From NCBI GenBank assembly GCA_030688615.1, contig JAUYIZ010000236.1:1-58927 (forward strand): DNA of 58,927 bases, read 5' to 3'. Every line of letters begins with the position of its first letter. Positions within the stretch are counted from its first letter, which is position 1. Positions 41,131 through 51,589 of this stretch are shown in pieces. This DNA is from Desulfobacterales bacterium (GTDB lineage Bacteria; Desulfobacterota; Desulfobacteria; Desulfobacterales; JAUYIZ01). The notes beneath the pieces are model-generated. The model was not told where the DNA came from. It was given only the letters and a program-made list of their open reading frames with translations, and did not search any database. A program made the position numbers and the translations under genes.

Positions 41131-42345
41131 TCACGGCACCACATCCATGTTCAACAGATGGCCCATCTTGGACTTTTTGCAGGACAGATAATTTTTGTTA
41201 AACTCGTTGGGTTTAATTTCTATGGGAACCTGTTCGACGAGTTTAAGGCCATATCCCTCCAGTCCGACCATTTTTTTGGGATTGTTGGTCATGAGCCGCA
41301 TCTGTTTGACGCCCAGATCCACCAGGATCTGCGCGCCGATGCCGTAATTTCTCAGATCCGGTTTAAACCCCAGTTCTTCGTTGGCTTCGACGGTATCCAG
41401 GCCCCCGTCCTGAAGCGCATAGGCCTTGATCTTGTTCACCAGGCCGATTCCCCGGCCTTCCTGGCGGATATAAAGCAGGACGCCGTTTCCCTCTTCTTCC
41501 ATTTTTTCCATGGCCGTATGCAGTTGATCGCCGCAGTCGCAGCGCAGAGAGCCGAAAACATCCCCGGTAAGGCACTCGGAATGCACCCGGACGAGAATGG
41601 GCCGCTCCGGATCAATTTCGCCTTTGATTAAAGCGATGTGCAGCAGGTCGTCCACCTCATTTTCATAAACGACCGTCTTGAAATCCCCTGAGTAACAGGT
41701 GGGGATGAGGGTTTCCGCCGTCCTTTTCACGAAGGACTCGGTGCGCATCCGGTATTCGATCAGATCGGCAATGGTGCAGATGCCCATGCCGTGCTTCTGG
41801 CTGAATTTTTCAAGGGTCGGCATGCGGGCCATGGTCCCGTCTTCATCCATAATTTCGCAGATGACCCCGGCAGGCTTCATGCCTGCCAGGCGGGCCAGAT
41901 CCACGGATCCTTCCGTCTGCCCGGTACGGACGATAACGCCCCCGTTTCTGCTTCTTAAGGGAAATATGTGACCGGGCCTGACCAGGTCCTCGGGTTTTGC
42001 ATCGTCCGCAATGGCGGTCAGGATGGTGGTGGCGCGATCCGCGGCGGAGATCCCGGTAGTCACGCCGCACCGGGCTTCGATGGACACAGTAAAACCGGTT
42101 TCAAACCGCGAAGTGTTGTTCTCCACCATCATGGGCAGGTTGAGCGAATCGATTTTTTCGCCGGTCAAAGCCAGACAGATAAGTCCCCGGCCATGTTTTG
42201 CCATGAAATTTATATCTTCGGGCCTGACTTTTTCTGCGGCCATCATCAGGTCCCCTTCGTTTTCACGATCTTCATCGTCAACCAGAATGACCATGCGGCC
42301 CTGTTTGACTTCCTTTATGGCCTCATCAATGGGAAGTAGCGGCAT
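41131..42345 (-). CDS. ribBA: Bifunctional DHBP synthase / GTP cyclohydrolase II
   Basis: DDEDRENEGD, RVHSECLTGD, RCDCG.QL, QEGRGIG, TNNP.K. Confidence 0.96.
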   Translation of the reverse strand: MPLLPIDEAIKEVKQGRMVILVDDEDRENEGDLMMAAEKVRPEDINFMAKHGRGLICLALTGEKIDSLNLPMMVENNTSRFETGFTVSIEARCGVTTGISAADRATTILTAIADDAKPEDLVRPGHIFPLRSRNGGVIVRTGQTEGSVDLARLAGMKPAGVICEIMDEDGTMARMPTLEKFSQKHGMGICTIADLIEYRMRTESFVKRTAETLIPTCYSGDFKTVVYENEVDDLLHIALIKGEIDPERPILVRVHSECLTGDVFGSLRCDCGDQLHTAMEKMEEEGNGVLLYIRQEGRGIGLVNKIKAYALQDGGLDTVEANEELGFKPDLRNYGIGAQILVDLGVKQMRLMTNNPKKMVGLEGYGLKLVEQVPIEIKPNEFNKNYLSCKKSKMGHLLNMDVVP

Positions 42346-42411
42346 ATATGTATTGTCTCCTGACCCGGCAAGCCGGAATAAGCAACGAACAGAAGTTCGT
42401 TGTAATACTTG

Positions 42412-43077
42412 TTATAGAAAGCCCGATCTGGCAAGCAACTGCATGTCTATGGATGCTTTCGGAGGGCCTGTCCCTTCCTTTCCTTCAGGTTTTCTTGAAA
42501 TAAAACGCGCAACATACTTGCCGAGCATGTCTGTTTCAATATTCACGGGGTCGCCGTTTTTTTTCTCCTGGATCGTGGTAACCCTTGACGTATGTGGGAT
42601 GATACTGACCTCAAAACTGTCCTGGCGGCAAATGTTGACGGTCAGGCTGATGCCGTCCAGCGCAACCGATCCTTTGGGTATCATATAGTCCAGAATAGAT
42701 CCGGGCGCCTGGACGGTAAAAATGACGGCATTGCCCTGGACCTTCCGGCTCCGGATGGTCCCCGTGCCGTCGATGTGGCCGGAAACCAGATGTCCGTCCA
42801 ATCGATCCGAAAGACGCAAAGCGCGCTCCAGGTTGACCCGGGATCCGATTTTGGCCCTGCCGAAAGTGGTCCTGGCAAGGGTTTCCGGCGACACGTCAAC
42901 CTCAAAGTGCTTTGCTTCAAGCGTCACAACGGTCAGACAGGCCCCGTTCACGGCGATGCTGTCGCCGAGGGCTGTTCGGTCCAGCGTAAAATCGGACTTG
43001 ATGCCCAACCGCATCCCCTGTCCGGCCGGTTTTATGGCCGTGATGGAGCCTATCCCTTCGATGATTCCCGTAAACAT
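42412..43077 (-). CDS. ribE: Riboflavin synthase alpha chain
   Basis: MFTGII, NG.CLTV, GHLVSGHID, N.E.D. Confidence 0.95.
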   Translation of the reverse strand: MFTGIIEGIGSITAIKPAGQGMRLGIKSDFTLDRTALGDSIAVNGACLTVVTLEAKHFEVDVSPETLARTTFGRAKIGSRVNLERALRLSDRLDGHLVSGHIDGTGTIRSRKVQGNAVIFTVQAPGSILDYMIPKGSVALDGISLTVNICRQDSFEVSIIPHTSRVTTIQEKKNGDPVNIETDMLGKYVARFISRKPEGKEGTGPPKASIDMQLLARSGFL

Positions 43078-43084
43078 ACTGATA

Positions 43085-43361
43085 AAGCCATTAAAATTTA
43101 GACAGGATCAACAGGATTTATGGGATTTTTTTAAAAAATATCTTGTCAATCCAGTTAATCTTGTCAAAGAGTCCTTGAGACCTTTGCAAAACCCCCTATT
43201 TTGCCCGATTTCTGTGTCAGGCTCAAATTTTAATCCTCAAAATACTCAATGTATTCCTCCGGTTAAAATTTTTGCCTTCCTTGAACTCGAACAAAATTTG
43301 ACATTTTTCAAAGGTCTCTCCTTGCATTTATGTCCAAACATTTTTGAGCTTATTAGTAATT
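43085..43361. repeat. 130-bp ACAGGAT-arm repeat interrupted by a type B element
   Basis: Colinear with the uninterrupted copy at 56601-56730. Confidence 0.85.
43177..43318 (+). mobile_element. 142-bp MITE-like element, type B termini
   Basis: GAGACCTTTGCAAAA...TTTTCAAAGGTCTC; TSD TCCTT (43172-43176, 43319-43323). Confidence 0.92.
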
Positions 43362-43381
43362 CTGTCAAAGAATTCTTTCAA

Positions 43382-44515
43382 TCAACCCGGTTCCCCTGCA
43401 TACCCCTCGATCATGATATCATCGCCGAATCGCTGAACCCGGATGTCCCTGACCCGGATGCATTGATTCATCAAAGCCGGCCCGTTGCCGCTGCAGATCG
43501 GCACGCCGTCATTTCCCCCGAGAATCTTAGGCGCATAAAAGAAGTTGATTTTATCAACGATTCCGGCCTGAAAGGCCGATGCGATGACACGCCCGCCACC
43601 TTCCACCAGCAGGCTGGTTATCCCCATGGCCCCGAGCTGATCCATTAGAATATCCAGGTCGATCAGGCCATTTTCGCCGGGTGACGAGATGACTTTTACG
43701 CCCTTTTTTTCCAGGGCTGTTTTTTTTGAGTTAAACTCTTTACCGGATTTATGGCCGGCGACGACAAGTATCGTATCAGACTCGGAAGCAAGTCGCAAGA
43801 TGTTTGCATTTTCGGAAATTGAAAGGTTTGCGTCCAGAACTACCCTTCGGGGGTCTTTTCCTTCAACTGCGCCGTCAGCGCCGGACAACCGGACGGTCAG
43901 GCTCGGGTCATCCGCCTTTACGGTGCCGATTCCCACCATGACGGCATCCACCGCATGCCTCAGTTGATGGACAAACCTTCTGGCTTCGGGGCCGGACACC
44001 CACCGGGAGTCACCGGTTTTCGTGGCGATCTGGCCGTCCAGCGTTGCAGCGCATTTCACGATGACAAAGGGTCGCCGGGTCCGGATGAATTTGATGAAGC
44101 TTTCGTTCATACGTTCCGCGGTTTCCCGGCAGACCCCGACGCACACCTGGACATGCCTGTCCCTTAAGTATGCGATGCCTCCTCCCTTGACATCCGGATT
44201 GGGATCCTCCATGGCCACCACGACCCGCTTGAGGCCGGACTGTAGAATTTTTTCGGTGCAGGGCGGCGTTCGTCCCTCATGGTTGCAGGGCTCCAGCGTT
44301 ACATAGAGCGTGGCGCCCCTGGAACGGTCCCCGGCATCGTCTATGGCATTGACTTCGGCATGGGCTTTACCGGCGGCCATGTGAAAGCCCTTGCCGACCA
44401 CCCGGTCGTCATTGACCACCACAGCGCCCACCAGGGGATTGGGCGACGTGAAGCCCTGTCCCTTCCGGGCAAGGTCAAGGGCCATCTGCATATAGTGATC
44501 ATCGTTCATATTCAC
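43382..44515 (-). CDS. ribD: Riboflavin biosynthesis deaminase/reductase
   Basis: PNP.VG, HAE, TLEPC.H.GRTPPC, LLVEGG. Confidence 0.95.
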   Translation of the reverse strand: MNMNDDHYMQMALDLARKGQGFTSPNPLVGAVVVNDDRVVGKGFHMAAGKAHAEVNAIDDAGDRSRGATLYVTLEPCNHEGRTPPCTEKILQSGLKRVVVAMEDPNPDVKGGGIAYLRDRHVQVCVGVCRETAERMNESFIKFIRTRRPFVIVKCAATLDGQIATKTGDSRWVSGPEARRFVHQLRHAVDAVMVGIGTVKADDPSLTVRLSGADGAVEGKDPRRVVLDANLSISENANILRLASESDTILVVAGHKSGKEFNSKKTALEKKGVKVISSPGENGLIDLDILMDQLGAMGITSLLVEGGGRVIASAFQAGIVDKINFFYAPKILGGNDGVPICSGNGPALMNQCIRVRDIRVQRFGDDIMIEGYAGEPG

Positions 44516-44525
44516 GTACTCAATG

Positions 44526-44981
44526 CTACTGGTGGGTCAGAAGATTCTTGAGTTCAGCTACAAAATCGTTCACGTCTTTAAATTCCCTGTAGACCGAAGC
44601 AAATCTTACATAGGCAACATCATCGAGCTCGTGGAGTTTTGCCATAATTTTTTCGCCGACAGTTGAAGCTGGGGTCTCCTTGGCGCCGCTTTCCCTCAGG
44701 TCCCGCTCCAGTTCATCCAGGAACTCTTCGATGATATTGATGCTGATATTGCGTTTTTCACAGGCCCGCAGGACACCTGAACGGACTTTCTCACGGCTGA
44801 AGGCCTCGCGCCGCCCGTCTTTTTTAATAATCATCAGCGGAATTTCGTCCATATGCTCATAGGTCGTGAATCTCCGGGCGCATTCGACGCACTCTCTTCG
44901 CCTTCGAATGACATTTCCTTCCTTGCTCAGCCGCGAGTCAATGACCTTGTTGTTCAAATCTCCACAAAATGGACATTTCAT
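44526..44981 (-). CDS. nrdR: Transcriptional repressor NrdR
   Basis: [34 protein letters not shown]. Confidence 0.97.
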   Translation of the reverse strand: MKCPFCGDLNNKVIDSRLSKEGNVIRRRRECVECARRFTTYEHMDEIPLMIIKKDGRREAFSREKVRSGVLRACEKRNISINIIEEFLDELERDLRESGAKETPASTVGEKIMAKLHELDDVAYVRFASVYREFKDVNDFVAELKNLLTHQ

Positions 44982-45001
44982 AGTGGCACCTTTCTTGGGT
45001 C

Positions 45002-45478
45002 TTAAACTTCATCCTGTGCAACCGGCGGCACATGGATGACTTGGACACCTGCTTCGCTGAACATTTCTTCGGACATCCGGTCTGCATAACCTGCCCGGTA
45101 ATAGACCTTTTTGATCCCGGCGTTGATGATCATCTTGGCGCATATGGAGCATGGAAGATTGGTGCAGTAAACGCTCGCATGGCGGATGGATACGCCGTGA
45201 TAGGCGGCCTGTATGATTGCATTTTGTTCGGCATGGATCCCCCGGCACAGCTCATGTCTTTCTCCGGACGGCACCTTGATCTGTTCGCGCAGGCACCCGA
45301 CTTCACTGCAATGCCTGATATGGGAGGGTGCGCCGTTATAGCCGGTGGATAATATCCTTTTGTCCTTTACGATCAGTGCGCCGACGCTGCGCCGCATACA
45401 GGTGGAGCGTTTTGCCACCAGTTCGGTGATGCTCATGAAATATGCCCCCCATGAAGGGCGATCCGTTTGCGGTGCCAT
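45002..45478 (-). CDS. dCMP deaminase family protein (ComEB-like)
   Basis: RPSW..YFM, RSTC, TGYNG, HAEQNA, PCSIC. Confidence 0.9.
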   Translation of the reverse strand: MAPQTDRPSWGAYFMSITELVAKRSTCMRRSVGALIVKDKRILSTGYNGAPSHIRHCSEVGCLREQIKVPSGERHELCRGIHAEQNAIIQAAYHGVSIRHASVYCTNLPCSICAKMIINAGIKKVYYRAGYADRMSEEMFSEAGVQVIHVPPVAQDEV

Positions 45479-45481
45479 GGT

Positions 45482-46744
45482 TCAGAAAACCTCCCCGTTC
45501 AGATGCTGATACACCGGAAAGGCATCACAAAGCTCGCGGACCTGAGACCGGACCTTGCGTATGACGCTTTCATCGCCGGGGGCCCTTAAAACGTCCATGA
45601 TCAGTTGCCCGACGTGGGTCATCTCGTTGATTTTCATGCCCCGTGTCGTTATGGCAGGGGTGCCGATCCGGATGCCGCTGGTGATCAACGGATTTTGTGT
45701 TTCAAAGGGTATCGAATTCTTATTGACCGTGATCCCCGCCCGGTCTAAAGCCTCCTCGGCTTCTTTGCCGGTAAGGTTTAATTTTCTCAAGTCAACGAGC
45801 ATCATATGATTATCCGTGCCGTGGGATACGAGGTCAATGCCTTGTTCCATTAAAAATTCCGCCAGGGTCTTGGCATTCTCGACAATATTTTTCTGGTATA
45901 TTTTAAAGGCCTTTGTTGACGCTTCTTTAAATGTAACCGCTTTGGCCGCGATAATATGCATCAGCGGCCCCCCTTGTATGCCGGGAAACAGCTCTCTGTT
46001 CAGCTTGCGGGCGTGATCTTCCTTGGCCAGAATCAGCCCTCCCCGGGCGCCCCGCAGGGTCTTGTGGGTTGTTGAAGTCACCACGTCGGCAAAGGGTACG
46101 GGGGAAGGGTGCACCCCTCCGGCCACCAGTCCCGCGATGTGGGCCATGTCCACCATCAGGTAGGCGCCGACCGATTTGGCGATTTGTGCAAATATTTTAA
46201 AATCAATAAATCTCGGGTAGGCGCTTGCGCCGGCAACGATCATTTTCGGCCGATGTTGTTCCGCAAGGGATTCCACCATGTCATAGTCAATGATACCGCT
46301 GTCCTGTTTTACCCCATAGTGGATGAAGTTGAAGAGTTTCCCTGAAAAACTGGCCGGACTGCCGTGGGTAAGATGTCCGCCGTGGGAAAGGTTCATGCCC
46401 AATATGGTATCACCGGGTTTTAACAGCGCAAAATAGGCGGTCATATTGGCTTGAGAGCCGGAATGGGGCTGAACATTGGCATAGGCTGCGCCGAAAAGCT
46501 TTTTGGCACGCTGGATGGCCAGGTCTTCGACGATGTCAACATTTTCGCAACCGCCATAAAAGCGCCGGTTCGGATAGCCTTCGGCATATTTATTGGTCAG
46601 CAGACTTCCCTGGACGGCCATTACCGCCGGGCTGGTAAAGTTTTCCGAAGCGATAAGTTCCAGGGTCGTCCTCTGGCGGCAAATCTCGCTTTCAATCGCC
46701 CGGGCGATTTCCTTGTCGATTTTTTCAATGATGTGAAGGTTCAA
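45482..46744 (-). CDS. glyA: Serine hydroxymethyltransferase
   Basis: [29 protein letters not shown]; probable TTG start 46744. Confidence 0.96.
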   Translation of the reverse strand: MNLHIIEKIDKEIARAIESEICRQRTTLELIASENFTSPAVMAVQGSLLTNKYAEGYPNRRFYGGCENVDIVEDLAIQRAKKLFGAAYANVQPHSGSQANMTAYFALLKPGDTILGMNLSHGGHLTHGSPASFSGKLFNFIHYGVKQDSGIIDYDMVESLAEQHRPKMIVAGASAYPRFIDFKIFAQIAKSVGAYLMVDMAHIAGLVAGGVHPSPVPFADVVTSTTHKTLRGARGGLILAKEDHARKLNRELFPGIQGGPLMHIIAAKAVTFKEASTKAFKIYQKNIVENAKTLAEFLMEQGIDLVSHGTDNHMMLVDLRKLNLTGKEAEEALDRAGITVNKNSIPFETQNPLITSGIRIGTPAITTRGMKINEMTHVGQLIMDVLRAPGDESVIRKVRSQVRELCDAFPVYQHLNGEVF

Positions 46745-46775
46745 TTTGCAACTCTGCGCATGGTTCTTTTTTTGG

Positions 46776-47252
46776 TTATAAATTCCGACTTTCTCCGAAA
46801 CCATCAAATTTGTCCAGCCGTAATTGATGCCGTCCTCCCTCAAACGGGGTTTCAAGCCAGACCCTGACAATTTCCCCGGCCAGGGCATCTCCCAGGACAC
46901 GACCCCCCAGGACCAGTATGTTGGCATTGTTGTGTCGCCTGCTTTGAATGGCACTGTACAGATCGTTACAAAGGGCTGCCCGGACATGGGGAAACCTGTT
47001 GGCCACCATGGCCATGCCGATTCCGGTGCCGCATAACAGAATGCCGCGCGCATATTTTCCCTGTGAAACTGAAGACGCCACGCAAACACCGAAATCCGGG
47101 TAATCAACGGACGTCTCGTCATGCGTGCCCGCATCCTGCACCTGGATGCCGTTTTGCATGAGATACGCTTTGATTTTTTCTTTTAAAGGGTAGGCTGCGT
47201 GGTCGCAACCCATGATAATCGGCGAAATATCGTTACCCATGGCATTTCCCAT
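46776..47252 (-). CDS. rpiB: Ribose 5-phosphate isomerase B
   Basis: DHA, VDYPD, CGTGIG, HNNAN.L, FEGGRH..R. Confidence 0.95.
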   Translation of the reverse strand: MGNAMGNDISPIIMGCDHAAYPLKEKIKAYLMQNGIQVQDAGTHDETSVDYPDFGVCVASSVSQGKYARGILLCGTGIGMAMVANRFPHVRAALCNDLYSAIQSRRHNNANILVLGGRVLGDALAGEIVRVWLETPFEGGRHQLRLDKFDGFGESRNL

Positions 47253-47377
47253 ATTCCTTGGTATTCATTTGAAGTTTAGGTCTATATTTTTCTGGTTTGA
47301 ACCGCAAGAAAAAAATTTAAGGGCAGCGATCAACGGGGCAAAAAGGGCATCCGGCGCAAGCAATGGATAATTTCCAT

Positions 47378-47422
47378 TTTTTTTTAACCGTGAACCGGTA
47401 ACTGTAAACCGTGAACGGTTAC
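47378..47422. repeat. Heptamer-repeat element, single arm (reverse orientation)
   Basis: Reverse complement GTAACCGTTCACGGTTTACAGTTACCGGTTCACGGTTAAAAAAA, near-identical to the 2403 and 11297 arms. Confidence 0.8.
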
Positions 47423-47429
47423 GAAATAT

Positions 47430-48671
47430 TTAATGGCGGTATTTTTTTAAAATCAGTGTGGCGTTGGTTCCCCCGAAACCGAATGAGTTGCTCATGGCAT
47501 ACTCCACGTTGGCTTTGCGCGCCACGTTCGGAACATAATCCAGGTCGCATTCTTCACCGGGGTTGTCAAGATTTATGGTGGGGGGTACAATTCCATTCTG
47601 AATGGTCAGCGCTGTGAAAACCGTTTCAATGCCGCCGGAGCCGCCAAGCAGATGACCGGTCATGGATTTTGTCGAGCTGATCATGAGAGAATGGGCCTTT
47701 TCCTTGAACACCTGCTTGACCGCCCGGGTTTCATAAAGGTCGTTCAGGGGCGTGGAGGTTCCGTGGGCATTGATGTAGTCAATTCTGTTATATGAAATTT
47801 TCGCATCGGCCAGCGCTGCCGCCATACACCGTGCAGCGCCATCACCGTCAGGCGGGGGAGACGTCATGTGATACCCGTCTCCGCTCATACCGTAACCGCA
47901 TATTTCAGCATATATTTTTGCTCCTCTCTCCAGGGCGGCTTCGAGGGGTTCGATGATCAGGATACCGCTGCCTTCCCCCACCACGAAACCGTCCCGGTCC
48001 CGGTCAAAGGGCCGCGATGCTTTTTCAGGCGCATCATTGCGGGTGGAAAGCGCCTTCATGGAACCGAAACCCGCAATACACGTGGGTGTGATGACCGCTT
48101 CCAGGCCGCCGGTGATCATGGCATCGGCAGCCCCCCTGCGAACCAGGTTTACGGCATCGCCGATGGCGTGCGTTCCTGCGGCACAAGCCGTGGCCACCGA
48201 AGAATTGGGCCCTTTGGCGCCAAATTGGATGGAAATCATCCCCGGGGCCATATTGCCGATCAGCATGGGGATAAAAAACGGGCTCACCCGTTTGGGTCCC
48301 TTTTCGCGAATCACATTGCTGGTTTTTTCCAGCATTTCGAGCCCGCCCAAACCGCATCCGGTCAAAACGCCGATCCGGTCGCAGTTGCTGCTGTTGATTT
48401 TCAGCCCTGAATCCTCCAGCGCCATATGCGTTGCTGCAATGGAATAGGCAATAAAGAGCTGGGTTCGACGGGCCTCTTTTTTGGGCAGAAAATCTTCAGG
48501 TTTGAAATCCTTGACCTCGCCGGCGATTTTAGTATCGTATTCGGATGTGTTAAAACGGGTGATTTCCGTAATCCCGGACCGACCGCTGCATAAGGCCGTC
48601 CAAGTTTCCTGGACGCCGATCCCCAGCGGTGTCACGAGGCCGACGCCGGTAATAACGACTCTTCGGTCCAA
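47430..48671 (-). CDS. fabF: 3-oxoacyl-ACP synthase II
   Basis: TACAAG, NAHGTST, KSMTGH, NSFGFGG. Confidence 0.96.
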   Translation of the reverse strand: MDRRVVITGVGLVTPLGIGVQETWTALCSGRSGITEITRFNTSEYDTKIAGEVKDFKPEDFLPKKEARRTQLFIAYSIAATHMALEDSGLKINSSNCDRIGVLTGCGLGGLEMLEKTSNVIREKGPKRVSPFFIPMLIGNMAPGMISIQFGAKGPNSSVATACAAGTHAIGDAVNLVRRGAADAMITGGLEAVITPTCIAGFGSMKALSTRNDAPEKASRPFDRDRDGFVVGEGSGILIIEPLEAALERGAKIYAEICGYGMSGDGYHMTSPPPDGDGAARCMAAALADAKISYNRIDYINAHGTSTPLNDLYETRAVKQVFKEKAHSLMISSTKSMTGHLLGGSGGIETVFTALTIQNGIVPPTINLDNPGEECDLDYVPNVARKANVEYAMSNSFGFGGTNATLILKKYRH

Positions 48672-48699
48672 CTATATCCTCCTGCTGCAACCGGATGAG

Positions 48700-48930
48700 T
48701 TACGAGTGTGCATTGATGTAATTGATCGCATCCTGCACGGTAGCCAACTTTTCGGCATCTTCATCGGAGATGTCGATTTCGAATTCTTCTTCCATGGACA
48801 TGATGAGCTCCACCAGGTCCAGCGAGTCCGCGCCCAGATCGTCGGCAAAAGAGGCTTCCGGAACTACTTCCTCGATATCCACACTAAGTTTTTCCGCGAT
48901 GATTTTTTTTACTTTATCCTCGACTGACAT
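48700..48930 (-). CDS. acpP: Acyl carrier protein
   Basis: [16 protein letters not shown]. Confidence 0.97.
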   Translation of the reverse strand: MSVEDKVKKIIAEKLSVDIEEVVPEASFADDLGADSLDLVELIMSMEEEFEIDISDEDAEKLATVQDAINYINAHS

Positions 48931-48962
48931 TTTTGATGCTCCTCCTTGAGTATTGATTAACT

Positions 48963-49709
48963 TTAAATATACATTCCGCCGCTGACGTGAATCACCTGGC
49001 CGGTAATGTAGGCTGCTTTTTCAGAAGCCAGGAAAGCGACCACATGGGCCACATCCTCAGGCTGGCCGGCGCGCCCCAGCGGGACCTGTTCCAGCATGGC
49101 ATTTCTGGCCTTGTCCGGCATGGCTGCGGTCATATCCGATTCAATGAAACCCGGGGCGACGGCATTTACGGTGATTCCCCTGGAGGCCAGCTCTTTGGCG
49201 GCTGTTTTTGTAAGGCCGATCAGCCCGGCCTTGGAGCCGGAGTAGTTGGCCTGTCCCGCATTGCCTGTCACACCGACCACGGAGGTCGTGTTGATGATGC
49301 GGCCGTATCTTTGCTTCATCATGTGTCTGGCTGCAACCTTGGTGCACAGAAAGGCGCCTTTTAAATTGATATTCATCACCGCATCCCAGTCTTCTTCCTT
49401 CATCCGCACCAGAAGGCCGTCCCGGGTAATCCCGGCATTGTTGACCAGCACGTCGATGCGGCCGGTTTCGCTGACGGCCTGCTCGATAAATTTTGTCATG
49501 TCTTCTTCCGAAGTCACGCTGGCACAGGTGCCGGTTGCCCGGCCACCGGCCCGGACAATGGCCTGTTCCGTGTCCCGGGCCATTGGATCATCAGGGTAAT
49601 AATTAAAATATATGGATGTTCCCGGGCCGGCAAGCGCCAGGCAGATGGCGCGGCCAATACCCCGGGACCCTCCGGTGACCAGGATGGTTTTCTGGGTTGG
49701 ATCCGACAC
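48963..49709 (-). CDS. fabG: 3-oxoacyl-ACP reductase
   Basis: [17 protein letters not shown]...K (YSGSK). Confidence 0.95.
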   Translation of the reverse strand: MSDPTQKTILVTGGSRGIGRAICLALAGPGTSIYFNYYPDDPMARDTEQAIVRAGGRATGTCASVTSEEDMTKFIEQAVSETGRIDVLVNNAGITRDGLLVRMKEEDWDAVMNINLKGAFLCTKVAARHMMKQRYGRIINTTSVVGVTGNAGQANYSGSKAGLIGLTKTAAKELASRGITVNAVAPGFIESDMTAAMPDKARNAMLEQVPLGRAGQPEDVAHVVAFLASEKAAYITGQVIHVSGGMYI

Positions 49710-49711
49710 GA

Positions 49712-51382
49712 TTATTTCCTCCTGAATAAAATATCTGCAACATCGTCCATGTCGTTGATGACATTTTGACAGGTTCGGTTAAGGTCATGATAAGAAACGG
49801 CGTCCATAAAATCCGAGATGGTTTTTTCATCCAATACCCCGGTGCCCCGCAATATCGTATTGATATTCCTGGCCACCAGCTGGGCGGTTTCGCTTGCGAA
49901 AATCCTGGACATCAACCGGATCTTATCCGCTTCGGGACGCCGCGCCCGGGCCAGGGCATCCGCCTTGCGGGCCAGGCTGGCCCCCACTTCAACATGGGTC
50001 ATCATGTCGGCCAGTGCGAACATCACATATTGCTTGCGGGTCAAACCGTTCTCATGGGCGCACATGATGGTTTCATTGAGTGCTTTTGCGGCCAGGCCGT
50101 AGGCGCCGCAGCCGGCACCGGGCAGGGAAAGGTCAAGTTTTTCCATTTCAGCGCCGATGGACAGGTAGTGCTCGCCTTTTGTTTTACGGGTTTTTTTCCA
50201 ACGGAACGTGCTGATGATATTCTGCTGAATTTCGCTGGTCCCCTCATAAATACAGGTGATTTTAACATCTCGCTTGATCTTCTCAACCTGGTAGTCGAAA
50301 ATATAGCCGTAACCCCCGAGGGCCTGGATGGCGTCCTCGGCCGCTTTATTTGCCGCTTCCGTGGTGAAATATTTGGAAATGGACCCTTCCACCTCCAGGT
50401 CCTGCTGGCCGGAGTCAAATTTTAAGGCGACTTCTTCCATGTGGGCGGCAGCGGCTTCCAGCCGGACCGCGTGGGGCACAACCAGTTTGTGGGTATATCC
50501 CTGCTTTTCCGACAGGGAAGAGCCGAACTGAATTCTCTCTTTGGCGTAAGGGATAACGATATCAAGCGCTGATTCACCGGCGCCCAGGGCCATGGCGGCC
50601 ACCATCAGCCGGGTGTAGCCGAATACGGCGTTTGCCTGTTTCATGCCTTTTCCGGGAACCCCGCCGATGAGATTGTCCAGCGGGACCCATACATCGTCAA
50701 ATGAAAGCGGAGAGGTATTGGACGCCCGGATGCCGTGCTTTTCCTCACCCTTGCCCGGGGAGAATCCTTTGGTCCCTTTTTCAACAACAAAAAAAGAGGG
50801 CCCCTCCGGAGTTCTGGCCAGCACCGTGACGAAATCCGCGTATCCGCCATTGGATATGAACTGCTTATTTCCGTTAATCCTGTATCCGGTGACCTGTCCG
50901 GCATCGTTGAAAACCGGATCCGCGGTGGTCTTTAAGGCGGCAAGGTTGCTGCCGGCATCCGGTTCGGTCACTGCGTAGGCGACCAGGGCTTTTCCATCCG
51001 CAATGTCGCCCAGCCATTTTTCCTTCTGCGCCTCGGTCCCGCCCACGAGCAAAGGATCCGCCCCGAGCTGAATCGCGAAAAACCCGGTGGCCACGCCCAG
51101 GCATATCTTGGCCATTTCCCGCGTCACCGCACAGCAGTCCCGGGCCCCGCCGCCCGCGCCGCCATAGGCCTCAGGGATGAAAATAAGCTGCAGACCGATG
51201 TCCGGGCCCAGCATCCGGCGAATCGTTTTTTCGGGAAAATATTCCTCTTTGTCAAATTCCAGAATCTGTTCTTTGATCAGAAGCCTTTTTCTCAACTGCC
51301 GGATCGTATCCACCGTCATTTTTCTGGAAGCAGGATCGAGGCCGATTAAATTGTCTGCGGTGGAGCCTGATGCGGCGGCCAT
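49712..51382 (-). CDS. Acyl-CoA dehydrogenase family protein with C-terminal extension
   Basis: AVTEPDAGS, NGNKQFISNG, YAKER.QFG, QALGGYGY, IYEGTSEIQ. Confidence 0.9.
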   Translation of the reverse strand: MAAASGSTADNLIGLDPASRKMTVDTIRQLRKRLLIKEQILEFDKEEYFPEKTIRRMLGPDIGLQLIFIPEAYGGAGGGARDCCAVTREMAKICLGVATGFFAIQLGADPLLVGGTEAQKEKWLGDIADGKALVAYAVTEPDAGSNLAALKTTADPVFNDAGQVTGYRINGNKQFISNGGYADFVTVLARTPEGPSFFVVEKGTKGFSPGKGEEKHGIRASNTSPLSFDDVWVPLDNLIGGVPGKGMKQANAVFGYTRLMVAAMALGAGESALDIVIPYAKERIQFGSSLSEKQGYTHKLVVPHAVRLEAAAAHMEEVALKFDSGQQDLEVEGSISKYFTTEAANKAAEDAIQALGGYGYIFDYQVEKIKRDVKITCIYEGTSEIQQNIISTFRWKKTRKTKGEHYLSIGAEMEKLDLSLPGAGCGAYGLAAKALNETIMCAHENGLTRKQYVMFALADMMTHVEVGASLARKADALARARRPEADKIRLMSRIFASETAQLVARNINTILRGTGVLDEKTISDFMDAVSYHDLNRTCQNVINDMDDVADILFRRK

Positions 51383-51589
51383 CTACTTGGCATCCTTTTT
51401 GACGCTGAGTTCATCTTTGGTCGGAACAACTTTCCGGCCCTTGTAAGTGCCGCAGTTCGGGCAGGCGTTATGGGGTAATTTTCTTTCACCGCACTGGGCA
51501 CAGGTGCCCAGTATCGGGGCATCAATTTTTTGATGCGTGCGCCGTTTGTCCCGCTTTGACTTGGAGGTTTTATGTTTGGGTACTGCCAT
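51383..51589 (-). CDS. rpmF: 50S ribosomal protein L32
   Basis: [17 protein letters not shown], CxxC...CxxCG.YKG. Confidence 0.97.
   Translation of the reverse strand: MAVPKHKTSKSKRDKRRTHQKIDAPILGTCAQCGERKLPHNACPNCGTYKGRKVVPTKDELSVKKDAK

Noticed and set aside
45482-47134. Long N-terminal extensions of glyA, trpB2, tctB, nitroreductase and the 8626 lipoprotein in the ORF track
   Set aside because: They overlap upstream genes or promoters; internal starts give normal lengths, so these are not fusions.
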